Part shown: positions 1 to 13,094 of the stretch, one piece after another
How the letters are laid out: the number at the start of each line of letters is the position of its first letter
Numbering within the stretch: the first letter of the stretch is position 1
NCBI GenBank assembly: GCA_013265495.1
Contig: MU058065.1
Location: 4,319,003 to 4,383,002 of the forward strand
Direction of reading: 5' to 3'
Source: Vicugna vicugna
Taxonomy: Eukaryota
Length of the DNA stretch: 64,000 nt
The notes under the pieces: model-generated
The model's database searches: none
Told to the model about the DNA's origin: nothing
The model's input: the letters and a program-made list of their open reading frames with translations, nothing else
Made by a program: the position numbers and the translations under genes

Positions 1-84
1 CCGAGGAAGCAGGAGTTACTCTCAGTTACTTTCTATATAGCAAACACTTTACTTGATGCTTTAAATATCTAGTATCATTTTGAT

Positions 85-270
85 CATTCTAATAATGTGG
101 GGTAGATAGTATGATGGCCCATGTTATGGACAAAGTAATTGAGGCTCCGTGAGATTGTATTATTTGACCAAGGTCATACAGTGAGATTGTAACGCTTGAC
201 CAAGGTCACACGCCGAATAAGCAGTAGGTGGAACCAGGATTTGAATACCAGTATATTTGACTTTGAGTTC
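85..270 (-). mobile_element. MIR SINE fragment with internal 32-bp tandem duplication
   Basis: Resembles the reverse-complement MIR core (tgaggctc...ttgaccaaggtcacac...gaaccaggatttgaa); 149-180 and 181-212 are near-identical copies. Confidence 0.75.
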
Positions 271-572
271 CTTCTCTCATCTACAATGCTAATAATATAG
301 CTTTATCATCCCTCTATCAAGCATCTGTTAAACACTTGCTAAGTTCCAGGCAGCCCCAGTACTAGGTGCTGGGGGCACAAAAGGGGAACATGTTGGGGTT
401 CTTGATGCTGCCAGAGTGGTTGGCCTCACCAGCAGGGTCTCTACTGCGTCACATAAAGACTTGACCAACCCAGAACAGCCTTGCAACCCTGCCACGCTTT
501 CCACCAGCTTGAAGCTTCATTTCCACAAGGGGCCACCCCATTTAAACTGTGGCCATTAATACTATCAAAATG

Positions 573-716
573 TTGCAGGAGGGTATAGCTCAAGTGGTAG
601 TGTACCTGCTTGGCATGCATGAGGTCCTGGGTTCAATCCTCAGTACCTCCTCCAAGGATAAATAAATAAACCTAATTACCTTCCCCCACCCCACCCCAGA
701 AAATAGAAAGAAAAAT
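573..716 (+). mobile_element. Camelid tRNA-derived SINE (Vic-1-like)
   Basis: Pol III A-box TAGCTCAAGTGG, B-box GGTTCAATCC, tail aataaataaacctaattacc + A-rich end; ~15-bp TSD aatactatcaaaatg (558-572) / aatattgtcaaaatg (717-731). Confidence 0.9.
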
Positions 717-797
717 AATATTGTCAAAATGAATGAAATAGATCTTTAAAAAATTTAAGAGAGTAGTATTTTTATCACCACCCAATATTTAGCAGCA

Positions 798-1205
798 AGG
801 CAGCATGTTATGGTGGCTGGGATCATCGATTTTGGACTCAATAGGACTTGCATCTGAGTCTTTGTTCATACTTATTATCAGGAAGTTGTTTAAGCTTTTA
901 AAAAAATAATGTCTATTTTGGTTTTGGGTTTTGTTTGTTTGTTTTGATTTTTGTTTTCAGGGGGAGGTAATTCAGTTTATTTACTTTAATGGAGGTACTG
1001 GGGATCGAATCCAGAGCCTCATGCATACAAAGCATGCACTCTACCACTGAAGCTACACCCTCCCCTCAAAGTTGTTTAAGCTTTTGGAGACAGTTTTCTC
1101 ATCTGTAAAATGGAGATAATGCTGTCTTTTTCACTGGGTTTCTTTGATCCCTAGATGAGACAATGCATTATAATTGGGCATGGTGCTTAGTACACAGTTA
1201 AATAT
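798..1205 (+). mobile_element. MIR element interrupted by a younger SINE
   Basis: MIR 5' part 798-899 and MIR core cagttttctcatctgtaaaatggagataat resuming after 1085. Confidence 0.7.
900..1068 (-). mobile_element. Camelid tRNA-derived SINE (Vic-1-like)
   Basis: Reverse complement of ggggagggtgtagcttcagtggtagagtgcatgc...ggattcgatccccagtacctcc; perfect 17-bp TSD aagttgtttaagctttt at 883-899 and 1069-1085. Confidence 0.92.
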
Positions 1206-2037
1206 TACAAGTATCATTGTTCCTATGATTAGGGAAAAAAGGAATATCAAAGGACCGCCCTCCTCTCCATGTGCTCACTGCAGCCCGCTGAGTCCCATGT
1301 GTTTCAGCCTCTAAATCAACTCTTCTCAGGAACCGTGTGGAAGTCCCAGGGATGAGGTGGCCTAGCTCAGCAGCTCAGCTCACCGTAGCTCAGGGCATCT
1401 TCCCGCTGGTTGGCGCTTTGCCTTCATCTGCTCTATCACTGTTTATTTCTAGATTGTTCATCTTATGCTGTGGGTGGACCTCTTGATTCATATTTTTTTT
1501 TTATTGTTGTGGTGGTTGTTTTTGTTTTGTTTTGTGTTTTGCTTGTCTCTTCTGGACATTACTGCTTGATTTCTTTACCCACTTCTTTCTTTAAAAATAT
1601 CCTACCATTTTGGATCCCCAAAGACAACTGACTTGTTTTCATCTTGACCTTATCTTGTTCCCATGATAGCTGTGGCCTGTTGTCTCTCATGCCCTAAAAT
1701 GACAAGATGCAGGTTACGTTTGATTGGCTCAAGGGCATGTTTGGAAGTCGTCAAGTTGGCATTCAGATGTATTACCAACAAACAAGCCAATCATGAGAAG
1801 GTTAATTTTGGAAGAAGACATGTAAATATTTTTTGCTGGAAAAATTTTTTGAGTACATTGTACAAATCTGAAACATCACAACCACAAAATCACGGGTTAT
1901 AACTGAAGAGAATTCCCGCAGAACTGAGAAAAAAGCTTGCACAATGGAAAGAGCACAAGTATTGGGATGTAATAGGTCAGAGTTTGAAACTTGACTCTCA
2001 CGATAATTTGCTATTTAACTTTGAGGAAATCACAGTC

Positions 2038-2617
2038 TCTTTCTGAAGGTCTTTTTTTTTTTTCTTTAAGAGGATTATATTACAACCCAAGACACAAAAC
2101 ATTGTGAAGATGAAATCAAATAATGAAAAATGGTGGATATTTTTCCTACTAGGTGGTGGCTTTGATACTCTCGCAGTCATCCAGGTTTCTTGCGCAACAG
2201 TTGTGTACATGGCTGTGGTCCAGGTCCAGAGACTGTCAAGATTGAAGTCTGAGATTCACCTAACGTAATTTTCACTTTATTGTGCCATGAAAAATTTGAT
2301 GAGTTCAGCAGTTTGCAGAGAAAAATCTCAGTTCTTTCTGAAGGTCTTTTTTTTTTTTTCTTTAAGAGGATTATATTACAACCCAAGACACAAAACATTG
2401 TGAAGATGAAATCAAATAATGAAAAATGGTGGATATTTTTCCTACTAGGTGGTGGCTTTGATACTCTCGCAGTCATCCAGGTTTCTTGCGCAACAGTTGT
2501 GTACATGGCTGTGGTCCAGGTCCAGAGACTGTCAAGACTGAAGTCTGAGATTCACCTAACGTAATTTTCACTTTATTGTGCCATGAAAAATTTGATGAGT
2601 TCAGCAGTTTGCAGAGA
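2038..2617. repeat. Near-perfect tandem duplication, ~295-296 bp period
   Basis: 2038-2321 repeated at 2333-2617; by eye the copies differ by one substitution (aagattgaag/aagactgaag) and poly-T length (12 vs 13). Confidence 0.95.
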
Positions 2618-2704
2618 GAGAGGATTTCTGTGAGAAATTATGGGGGAAAATTCTGAGCCTTCTGTTTCCCTGTCTCACTGTAGAGCAGTGCTGTTATTTT
2701 ATTT

Positions 2705-4110
2705 CACTTTTTTAATGAATAGACACTATTTTAGAGCTGTATTAGGTTTATAGAAAATCGGGCAGAAAGTACAGAGAGTCCCCATATACTCTCTTTCCTC
2801 CTGCACACAGTTTCCCCTGTTATTAATATCTCTGTATTATGAACAGTTTCCTGTATTGCTAGCGTCAGTGGGGTACATTTGCTATAAACTGATGAACCAG
2901 TGTCGCTGTATACCAACTGAGACCCATCGTGTATGTTAGGGCTCACCCTTTGTGTTGGAGAGCTCTAAGAATTTTGGCAAATATATAATGTCACTTGGCA
3001 TGATGGATGCCAATGCACCCAGCACTACAGTATCGTATAAAATAGTTGCACTGCTCTCAAAATGCCTTGTTTTCCACAGGTCACTTTCTCCTGATTTCCC
3101 CTAAAACCTCTGCCAACCACCGATCTTTTACTGAGCAGCAAAATCTTTTCCAGAAGGTCAAATATTTGAAATCATTTAGTATATAGCCTTTTCAGATTGG
3201 CTCCTTTCACTTAGCAATATGCGTTTAAGGTTCCTCCGTGCCATTTGTATGCCTTGATTGCTCATTTCTTTTTAACACTGAATAATACTCCATAGTATAG
3301 ATGTCCCACTGTTTACCCATTTACCTATTGAAGGGCATCTTGATGGTTTCCAGTTTTGGTGGTAATGGATAATGCTGCTGTGAATATTCATGTGTAAGCT
3401 TGTATGTGAACATGAGTTTTCAGCTCATTTGAATAAATACCTAGGAGGGCTATTATAGGATCATATGGTAAGACTATGGCTAGCTTTGAAAGAGCCTTCC
3501 AAATTCTCTTCCATAAGTGGCTGTACCATTTTGTGTTCCCACCAGCAAGGAATAAGAGTTCCGGTTGCTCTACCTCTTAGTCAATGTTTGGTGTTGCCAG
3601 TATTTTGGCTTTGTCATTGTAATAGTGTTGTTGTGGTATCTCACTGTTGTTCTAATTTGTAATTCCCTAATGACGTATGATGTTAAAACATTTTTTTTTC
3701 ATATGCTTATTTGCCATCTGTATACCTTCTCCAGTGAGGTATCTGTTCAGACATTTTGCTCTTTTCAAAATTAGGTTGTTTGTTTTCTCACTGTTGAGTT
3801 TTAAGAGTTATTTGTAGACTTCAGATAGCAGTCATTTATCAGACATGTGTTTTCAAATATTTTTTCTCTGTCCATGGCTTGTCTTTTCATTCTTTTAACA
3901 TTGTCTTTCATAGAGCAGAAGTTTTAAATTTTAATGAAGTCTAACTTACCAATTTTTTCTTTCATGGCACTTGCTTTTGGTGTTGTATCTAAAAATCCAT
4001 CATCCAATTCAGAGTCACCTAGATTCACCTGCCTTTTACCTTCTGCAAATCTTATAGTTTTATGTTTTACATTTAGGTCTATGGCTCATTTTGAGTTAAT
4101 CTCTTTTTAT
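2705..4110 (-). mobile_element. Old L1M LINE-1 3' end (3' UTR plus end of ORF2), degenerate
   Basis: Typical antisense L1M motifs: aggtttatagaaaat...agtacagagagtcccc, ggctgtaccattttgtgttcccaccagcaa, tttaatgaagtc...ttttacatttaggtctatg...ttttgagttaat. Confidence 0.88.
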
Positions 4111-4792
4111 TTCTTAATGTTTAAATTTTTATGTAATTTCACCACGAAAAGGATTTGAGAATCATTGAGAGAAACTTTAGAAGAGCTGTCTCAAACACTG
4201 GTGATAAATTCCATACTGTTGAGTTGCCGTTTTTTTTCTCTTGGGTGTGAAGCTGTATTTCAACAGCAGTGTACCATTTTTTTTCATTGTGTTCATGAAT
4301 GTTATTGGAAAAACAGAGTGAAAAATGCTTAGATCTATTATATAATCCTAGTCCATTCTATAGCCAGTGAGGAATGGGTGCCTCAGCTCATACTCAAGTC
4401 TATAATCACCAGTGTTATCATGTCATAATGCTCATCATCACCAGTAATACCAGAAAATAATGTCAGGGTTCCAAGTGGTTTCTGTGAACTATTCTAGGCA
4501 GTCAGAAACATTGAGAGGCTATTAGAATCTTATACTTCTGCGGCCGCTCAGTGATTTCAAAGAATAAGAACCTTGATATAATTTCTTTCACATCTTTTTT
4601 GTCCACCCTGATATAGAGCTGTACGTAATTTTAGACAACACAGCCCCAAGGCCGATGGGAGTTCTGGAGACACACAGCTGAATGTGGTAGCACAAAGAAC
4701 AGGGGTAGCTATTTTTAGGATTCAGAAAATATGGAAAAATCAAATTTACTTTTCCTTCATTTATTTGTTAACCTATAGTGAACTTTACACAC

Positions 4793-5201
4793 AATGCTTC
4801 TCAAACTTTAATGTGCTATTGGGTCACTTGGGGATTTTGTTACAATGTGGATTCTGATTCGGTAACTCTGGATTAGAGCCTAGGAGTCTGTGTTTCTCAC
4901 TAGGGGTGACTCATTCACTAGATGCATTTTTAGGAGCTGATGACAGTGTTTCAGTTTCTTTGAAACTCTGGAGAAAAAAATTGAACTTTGAGGTTGAAGA
5001 AAATGTTTTAATATATAATATTAATATATGCACTTATATTAGCATAATCATAAAAACGTACTTTTCAATTTTCTTTATGGAAGAAGACGCCCATGAAGAC
5101 AAGAGTGCCTAAGGCCCACTGAAGCCATAACCAAGCCTTGTTTTTAACCAGCTCCTAGGCGAGAGCAATGCAGCTGGTCCAGGGTCCACGCTGAGTAGCA
5201 C
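4793..5201. mobile_element. MER5-type hAT-Charlie element split by an internal insertion (~4900-5140)
   Basis: tgcttctcaaactttaatgtg...ggattctgattc and later tttttaaccagctcc...gcagctggtcc...gagtagca match the two halves of MER5A/B. Confidence 0.55.
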
Positions 5202-5829
5202 AGTTTTATCAGGTTCTCTTACAGGCGATGATGAGAGAAATATCTGAAACTTACCATTTCTGGGCTTCTTCATTTATTAAATAAAGTCTGCATGTGCGTG
5301 TGAGACTGAACATTTCAACAGAGAATGCGTTTTTGCCAGTTTTCATGGCGTTGACTTCCTTGAAGGTTGATATATTTCCTCTTTCGGTTGGCTTCCCCAG
5401 AATACCGGGCCCGGGGCATGTAATCAGCTAAATCAACTGCTATTGTTGGCTTTCTAGGTTTTCTTTCAACTGCTATTGTGGGCTTTCTGCATGTTATTGG
5501 GAGATATGTTCAAAGCACCTTTGAAGTGTTATTGCTCTTAATATTTCTTCTTTCTCCATTGAGAGAACAAAGCCATCCCCTCCTCTTTTCCTACTGGCTC
5601 TTTCCTTGTCCTAAATTAAACAAATATTTGTGAAGAATTTGTTCTGTGCCTTCACATGGTCCCTGCCTTCAGGTTGCTCCCTTACCTTTCTTTTACTCAA
5701 GCCCTAGAGACTGCTAAGTTGAGGAAAAACAAAACAAGAAAAATACCAACTAACTGATTAAACAACAAAGCAAAAAAATCCCACTCAGAGGAGAGCTCTC
5801 ACCGGGGCCACTTTCTGATTCTCTATGAT

Positions 5830-6012
5830 GATGTTTCTCAAAATGTAATTCTCAGACCAGCAGCATCAGCATCACCTGGGAATTCATTAGAAAGAACAAA
5901 CTCTAGGACCCTCCACCCACCAACATACCGAATCAGAAACTCTGGGGCTGGGGCATCAGGGTTCTATGAAGCCCCAGGTGACTGAGGCAGGGCAATGCTT
6001 GAGAACCACAGC
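5830..6012. mobile_element. MER5A DNA transposon
   Basis: tttctcaaa...gaccagcagcatcagcatcacctgggaa...gaatcagaaactctgggg...tgagaaccac. Confidence 0.8.
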
Positions 6013-6019
6013 TCTGAAA

Positions 6020-6184
6020 CACTGGTTCTTAAGGGAAAACAGAGTAAGTGGTGAACTTTGAAAAACACGAATGCCTGTGCTTCCATCCAGACACTCTATT
6101 AGTTTGTAATGGGGCCTGAGCATGGGTGTTTTTAAAGAGCTTCTCAGATGATTCTGACATGTAGCCAGAGCTGAGATCTACTGT
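6020..6184. mobile_element. MER5B-like DNA transposon
   Basis: tggttctt...aatgcctg...ggggcctgagcat...ttttaaa...atgattctgacatgtagccag...tgagatctactg. Confidence 0.55.
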
Positions 6185-6329
6185 GCCCTCTGTTTCTTGA
6201 CATTGAGTTCTTCCATTGCAGATGTGTGTGTGAGTAATTTTGTGTGAGTGTGTCTGAATTCTGAATCTTTGCCTAAGTAAGCCTTAGTATTAGAAAACTA
6301 TCACAAAGACTGTTCTAGAATAATCTAGA

Positions 6330-6398
6330 TAGTGATCAACAAACTATGGTCAAGTGCTAAATCCAGTCCACACATCGCTTTTTGAATGGGCTGTGAGC

Positions 6399-6435
<37 letters not shown>

Positions 6436-6547
6436 CTCTAAAGGGCTGTTTAAAAAAAGGAAAAGAAAGTGCAGCAGAGATCATATGTGGCCCACTAAAC
6501 CTAAATGTTTACTATTTGGTCCTTCATTGAATACTTTGCTGACCCAG
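6330..6547. mobile_element. MER58-type hAT-Charlie element containing a (TA)n microsatellite (6402-6429)
   Basis: caaactatgg...aaatccag...atgtggcccactaaacctaaatgtttactatttggtcctt...tttgctgacc. Confidence 0.7.
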
Positions 6548-9500
6548 CTAAGAGATGCAGCAGGCTTTATAAACTGGTTTTGAAAGCAAGGGTGACACAG
6601 AACAGCTTTGGTGTAAGACTATCTAAGCCTTAAATGATGCCACACAGGTTATATATACTATGGAAAATTTAAAAATCATAAGGGAATTGGAACTCATCTA
6701 AGTTTGGAAGAATTTGCGCAGGTGGAGGAAGGAGGAAAGCCATTTCACATAGGGCCTTCAGGTAAAGGGGCATTCAGACTTCAGAAAACTCAATTTTGAA
6801 CACTTCCCTTTAATGTAAAACACAGCCTTACTAACATTATTGGACTCCTGGCATGCCCTTCACTACATGTTCTCTATCCTCCAGAGAATCACAGGGCTTT
6901 GCAGCCATGGTTATACATTATTTTAAAAGATGCATCTGGAACATTTCCTTAGGTTGGTTGTAAGGCAGCCTGTCCCAAAGTCTGTTTCACGGCAGGTGGC
7001 TTCCTGGGAGAGTCCTTTTCTAAGGTAGACATTTGTCCTCACTGATCCATCCTCTCTTCATTCCTTCTCACTCACCCTGGGTAGCACTGAGCGCCTCCTG
7101 AAGATGACTTCCTTGGGTTCTTATTGTCCAGCTCTCCCTGCTGGGAGGTAAGACCTTGTTGAAACCTTGTCTATCTTATGCAATCCCATGTCACAAGCAG
7201 AGGGCTTGGTATAGAGTAGGTTTTGCACAAAATGTTTCTAGGATGACACTTCATAACTGCTGTTTTTTTTAAACATGCAAGAAAAACAAAAGCTTTCTAA
7301 GTTGACTACACTTGAGGACTGAGTTACCAAGGAAAACAGTTTTCTTAACTGCAGGAATTATCAGAACCCTTGGTGTGTTAAAGTTTGAGCTTGATAGGTA
7401 AATGCTATATATATTAGTATGTCAAGATCCCCAAATGTTTATAACTGTGTGTATTAGATGCAGATATGACAGGGCAGAATCATACATGGAAGTTTATAAG
7501 AAAATGGAACCGGTAAACCCCTGATCAACACAGGCAGCTGTGAGTTTCTGGGACTTGGTATTCTCCTCGCTGACAGCCTTGTAGGGTACACAATTGATTG
7601 TGCACAATATAATCATGGAGGTTTCTTACCACTGCAGTCCCCTGAATAGTTTTACATTGTTTAAAATGAGGAGTCAAACAGTCTTCTAAGAATAATTCTT
7701 ATCCCTGATTAAAAGACCTTTCGAAGAGCCTGGTTGAGAGAGCCAATCACAGAGGCTGAGTCCCCAAGTTATCCTAATATATATGAATATAATAAGCCAC
7801 TATTTTAGTATGATAGTTTGGAGTGTCTTAACGTCTTGTTCTCTATTCTGATGGGAAATGAGAGGTCTCTGGTGTCATTTCATTTGGGCAAAGCTATTCA
7901 TCCCAGATAATCCTACAGCCACTCAATTAGCCAAACATCATCTTTCTTACTTTTTAAATTAGTTGGAATTCTCAGGTGAAAAGCAGCTCATGTTTTAAAT
8001 CCATCCAATCATCCGACAAAAACGGGACTGTCTTCTGAGTTCAAGGTGCTGTGTCAAGCTCTCTGATCAATAGGAGTCACGCGAGAAATGGTTCTTGTTC
8101 CCTGAATACCTATAATCTAGCAGACGAGCTGGCCATACCCAGAGTTTACAAAGGAACCATGAAGCGAGAGACTCGAAGCATGGAAACCAGAAAAATAATT
8201 GATAACGCAGATGCTTATCACTCAAAAATTTAGGGAAACTGCAAGAAACGTAATCATCTTTGTCCTACTAATAGAATTTTCTATCTAGTGAAGAGGAAAC
8301 TAGATACAGCCCTGGACGGGCTCTAAAAAATATTGTTAGAAAACCTGATGAAAGGTCACCCTTAATATGCTCCCAGAGATGGAAAATAATGTTGTCTGTC
8401 TCATATTTTACAGAAGCAGGCACAGAAAAATTGAACTTGCCCTGCATGATAGCCTGGAAGTGACCATTCTATGGGGATTTCGGTCTTCTCTCAGCTGTGA
8501 TAATTGGCAATTGCTGAACAATTGAGGAGTCACATGGTTGATGAAATGACCAAAATAACTATTGATTGTTTGTGTTTCATTCCTCTTATGTCAGCTATCA
8601 AAACAGAACAATCTAATCTATTTCATAGTTGGCAGCTACGATTATGGCCAAAATGCATTTGATTGGGTGATATTAAACACAGTCTAAGTGTTGAGCTCAG
8701 GGGATCTAGACATTAACGATGTCCTGAAATAAGATAGTGCAGCCCAGATTAAAGTATCCCGGTATCTTAATTTTCAAACATCTTCCAGTCCCCAAAGAGA
8801 ATGGCAAGTGAGTGGCCCTTATCTTTTCTTCATGGTTTGCCTGTTTCTTCCCCTCAGTGGTCATGGTTTTTAGTAAAAGAAAGCTTTGCAAAGTGAACTT
8901 GAACTTCAAGAAGCATCATAGATTTTCTTCTGTTTATATTCTCAATTTGATTTTCTCCATCATTATTGCTATTGTCCTATAAACTTGTTATAATTTAATT
9001 TAGAAAAAAGTACTGGAGAACACGAATCCCCTGATAGTAGGATTCCCTATGGTACAGAATTCTACCTAGAAAACTCTATACTTTCACTTGATTTCTCTGA
9101 TCACAGTCCACTACTAGAGTGCCTTTGAAATGTTAAATCCTTAACTGAGCCAAAAGTTGATCTTAGCTAATGGTCTAGTTACAACAGACAATAGAAAGAA
9201 TTCACCACCTGAAAATAATTTTAATAGGATGCCAACTGAGCACTGTTTTTCTTTACCTGAAGTGTGAGCCACATCACCGTCCTGTTCTTTCCCTCGGTTT
9301 GGGGGGAGTTAATGTTTAGCAGAAGTCCTAGGGATGGATTGATTTGCTTAGGTGTTGGTTTTGCTTTGATGTGCAATAGACAGATGCAGCGGACGTTGGG
9401 GAAGACAGGGCAGCACCATTTGTCTCCCAGAGAGCCTCGGCACTCATTTCACAAGTCATTCATTAGAAAACCAAGCCTGCCTCAAAAGAGGCCAACAAGG

Positions 9501-10751
9501 GTACTCCAGAGCCCTCCACTGCAGAGGAGAGCAACCCTGCTTCCCCGGGGGCACATAAAACTCAACCTTTGAACCTCAAAGGAGGCTTTTGTGCTCGGAG
9601 GGAGCAAATTTATGACAGTTGGTGAACCAAAGAAGCCGTGGGCATTTGAAGGAACAAGGTTAACTGAACATTGTCTTTTTGTTGGTATGGATGTATTTGC
9701 TCTTTTTGTTCTTCCCCTTTTGATGTATTTCTGAAGGGAAGAAAGTCCCCAGCGCAATCACATTTTTAAAATCATATACAGCATATTCTAAAAAGCACAC
9801 TGAAAATCTCACGTTCATTAGCTGGGAGTTTCAGGACTGTACTTGAGAAGGGAACTCTCCTAGCTCAGCAGTAGCTGGTCTTAGCTTGAGCCCTGGTCAC
9901 TCGTTGAAGGCCCATGCTGATCCTTTGAAAACTCTGGAAATCTTCTGTAGCCAAGATCGCAGCTTGATCTCAGCCAACTTCAAGTCTCCCCATGGAGACA
10001 GCAGGTAGCCTATTTCCCTCTCAGCCAAGAAGGCGATCAGAGATTTGCAGTTATCTGAATCCTGGGATTATTATCAAGAATCATCAGGGCCACGAAAACA
10101 CATTAATAGAAACAACGGTCCCACAGGGGTGGCAGGTCAGATGAACAGTTTCTGGGATACGCCGTTATTCAAAGGACAACCTGGTGAAAAATAGGTATGC
10201 TCATTACAGGTAAAGTCTAGTGAGAAGAATTCAGATCATCTAAAAAAAACAACAGTAGCATAAGAAAAAGACAAAACGGATTGAAGTTCGTCCCCAAAGC
10301 TGCACAATCACTGTTACTTAACCTTCATTTCTGAGTTCCCGGATTTCTGATTTCCTGTATGTAGTGTGGGCTCCTAACCCTAATCTTGCCTACTTTGAAC
10401 TTTGACTTTATTTATGCCCCTACCTCCTTTTCTAACAGCTGCCTTATTATTGAAAAGCTATTCTCAGCTCCTCGTGGTAACGTATATTTCACTGTCTCCC
10501 ACGATGAGTGTGTTCTGATGAACGGGATGGTATTTTTGAATTATCAATAAAAAGGTCCCACATCTGCATTACTCTGGGGCTTCTGTTTCTGCTGAAAGGA
10601 GTAGTGAGAAGATTGTCAAAAATTCAGGGATGGAAGTAGATGAACTCCATGCAAAAATAAACACACAGGGTGAAATTTTTATTTCTGGTGAAGTCCAAAG
10701 GAGTCAAGCCTGGGGCTGAACAAAACGCATGTAGTTAAAATAAGCAGGTGC

Positions 10752-11032
10752 TGGACATAGAAAACAAACTGTGGTTACCAGGAGGAAACAGTGGGGAGGG
10801 ATAGATAAGGAGTTTGGGATTAACAGATACACATTACTATATATAAAATAGATAAACAACAAGGATCTACTGTGTAGTGCAGAGAACTATATTCAATTTC
10901 TTATAATGAGCTGTAATGGAAAAGGATCTGAAAAAATATATATATGCATATGTATGACCAAATCACTTTGCTGTACACCTGAAATTAGCATTGTAAATTG
11001 ACTACACTTTAATAAAATATAAGAATTATAAA
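10752..11032 (+). mobile_element. 5'-truncated cetartiodactyl-type L1 3' UTR
   Basis: gacatagaaaacaaact...ggggagggata...gggattaacagatacac...aatcactttgctgtacacctgaaa...aataaa; TSD aaaataagcaggtgc (10737-10751) / aaaataaacagatgc (11033-11047). Confidence 0.9.
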
Positions 11033-11624
11033 AAAATAAACAGATGCCTGCATGAGGTAATATGAACGGGACCGGTATTTCAAGTGCATGGAACATTTTT
11101 GCCACCTGGACAATGTTATCCTGGTAACTCCTTATTCTGCACTGATTAATGCCCTAGAGAATTCTGATTCCTGGAGACAGTTGAGTGGGGTTAGACAGAT
11201 ACAGCGTCAAGAAATTCAGAACTCTAGGTTTTTGGTCAAAGTCCAGGTGTCCCGTGGTTCATCCAATAGAAGATAATTGAGCACTTACAAAGTGGAGCCA
11301 TCCAGATCTGTCAAGTTTAATATCAAAATGAGAGTCTCTCCAAATGACTGTATTTCATGGTAAAGCCATCCAGACCACAGAATCCAAAAAGCTAGGTCAG
11401 GAAGTAGGTAGAAAGGTTGCAAACTGAGGACTTTGAGAAAACAATGTTTACAGCATCAAAGGCAGCATCACCTGGACTAGAAATCGCTCTGCCAGATGGC
11501 AGGCTTCTCCTGCCTTCTCACTGAGGGCTTCCAGACATACCTGCTTTTGAAGACAGCGTGATCTAGGGCAAGGAACACGTGACTTGCAGTCTGCATGGTT
11601 CAAATATTTGCTACCCTTTCGGAG

Positions 11625-11785
11625 CATTTATTCTGCATACTTTACATATATTACCTCTAACTTCACAATCAGCCTGCATGCCGGGCGTTATTATCTGTAT
11701 TATACAGGCATGAAAAATCGAGTCTCAGAGAGGTTAAGTAATTTGTCCAAAGTTATACAGCTAGAACATGGTACTTGAATCCACC
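11625..11785 (-). mobile_element. MIR fragment
   Basis: ctcagagaggttaagtaatttgtccaaagttatacagctag is the MIR core. Confidence 0.75.
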
Positions 11786-12054
11786 AATAATCAGTAGAAC
11801 CTTAAATTGTAAAATGGGACTTATAAAATGTGGGGTTTCTGTGAGGATCAAGTGAAGCATAGCACGTCAGAGCACCGCGAAGGCAACAGAGCCTGGTCCA
11901 GATGGTCAGCTTTCCTTTTTAAGCCTGTTTCACCTGCGTCTGAGCTGGAATTCCCTCCTCTGTCAGAGGAATTCAGCCTGTCTTTGGGGTGGATAGAGAA
12001 ACCACCTGGGGCTCTGGCTGACTGGAGGATGCACAAAACGTCATGAGACATCAA

Positions 12055-12686
12055 GACTGCTGTTCAACACGTAGTCTCCAGCCTCAGCTGGCTGCCGAGC
12101 ACTTGAAATGTGGCTGGTTCAAACTGCAATGTGTTAGAAAACAAACTTAGTGTTACCAGGGCGAGGGTCGGGGGAGGGATAAATTGGGAGTTCGAGATTT
12201 GCGGATGCTACCTACTGTATGTAAAACAGACAAACAGCAAGGTTGTACTGTACAGCACAGGAAACTATATTCAATACCTTGCAATGGCCTATAATGAAAA
12301 GGAATATATATTTGTATAACTCAATCACTATGCTGCACACCAGAAATCAACGCAACACTGTAAACTGACTATATTTCAGTAAAAATAAATAAATAAATAA
12401 ATAACCAAATGTGTAAAGAAACAAAACAAATTGAGATATGCTGAAGTTGTAAAATACACACCAAATTTCAGACTTGGTTCAAAGGAAAATAATGTAAAAT
12501 ATCTCAGTAATAATAGTCTTTATAGGTCATACATTAAAGTGACAATATTTCAGATATACTGGGTTAAATAAATGTAAAATTAATTTTACCTTTTCTTTCT
12601 TTTTTAATGTGGATATTGAAACATTTAGATTTATATACATGGTTTCCTTTTGTGGCTTGCATTATATTTCTATTGCAAAGCCCTGG
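12055..12686. mobile_element. MER33-like hAT-Charlie element interrupted by L1
   Basis: gagcacttgaaatgtggct... left part; right part tgtaaaatacacacc...gtaaaatatctca...gatatactgggttaaata...tttttaatgtgg...gtggcttgcattatatttctattg. Confidence 0.75.
12134..12427 (+). mobile_element. 5'-truncated cetartiodactyl-type L1 3' UTR nested in MER33
   Basis: tagaaaacaaactt...ggggagggataaattgggagtt...tactgtacagcacaggaaactatattcaatac...(aaat)n tail. Confidence 0.9.
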
Positions 12687-13094
12687 CCTGGAGTTTTGGT
12701 GACTTTTTTTTTTTAAGACTATCTTCTTATAACCTCTGGTGAAGGGTCCTGATGAGCTTTGGATTAAGCCACTAATATTTACCAGAAATAAATTAATATG
12801 TTCCTGACAGCTTTATACATCGAGTTAAGATCTAGTACCTTTGTGTCAACTTTTCTCTAAACTGTCTTGGAAGATTCAAGAAAGTCTTGATGGGAAGGGG
12901 AAGAGGAGCTGGGAAATGCAGAGAGGCTGACTAGCTTGCAGGATGGGAGAGGGGACACAGAACACTGGATGGAGCAAGATGCAACCAACAGAGGAGCAGG
13001 ATTCAAAGAAGAGATGGTAAAGGCTAGGATTAATCTTGGAATTTCCTTGAAGAGGCTCTGTTATCATCAACGACCTTAAAGTTTTTGTTTTTTA

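Noticed and set aside
578..650. tRNA-like sequence (also 990-1066, 54730-54805, 57690-57771)
   Set aside because: A/B boxes are followed by a SINE tail, A-rich end and TSDs, with no intact acceptor stem; these are SINEs, not tRNA genes.
1998..2564. Duplicated ORFs MYTTVAQETW... and 2280-2564
   Set aside because: By-products of the 296-bp tandem duplication; they run through a poly-T/A tract and have no splice or compositional support.
3465..4158. Hydrophobic plus-strand ORFs
   Set aside because: Antisense reading of a degenerate L1 3' end.
11485..11503. CTCF-like motif ctctgccagatggcagg
   Set aside because: Only a partial match; cannot be supported without a PWM scan or ChIP data.
11943..11978. 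Imperfect palindrome gctggaattcc..tcctctgtcagaggaattcagc
   Set aside because: Too short for a pre-miRNA and expected by chance in 64 kb.
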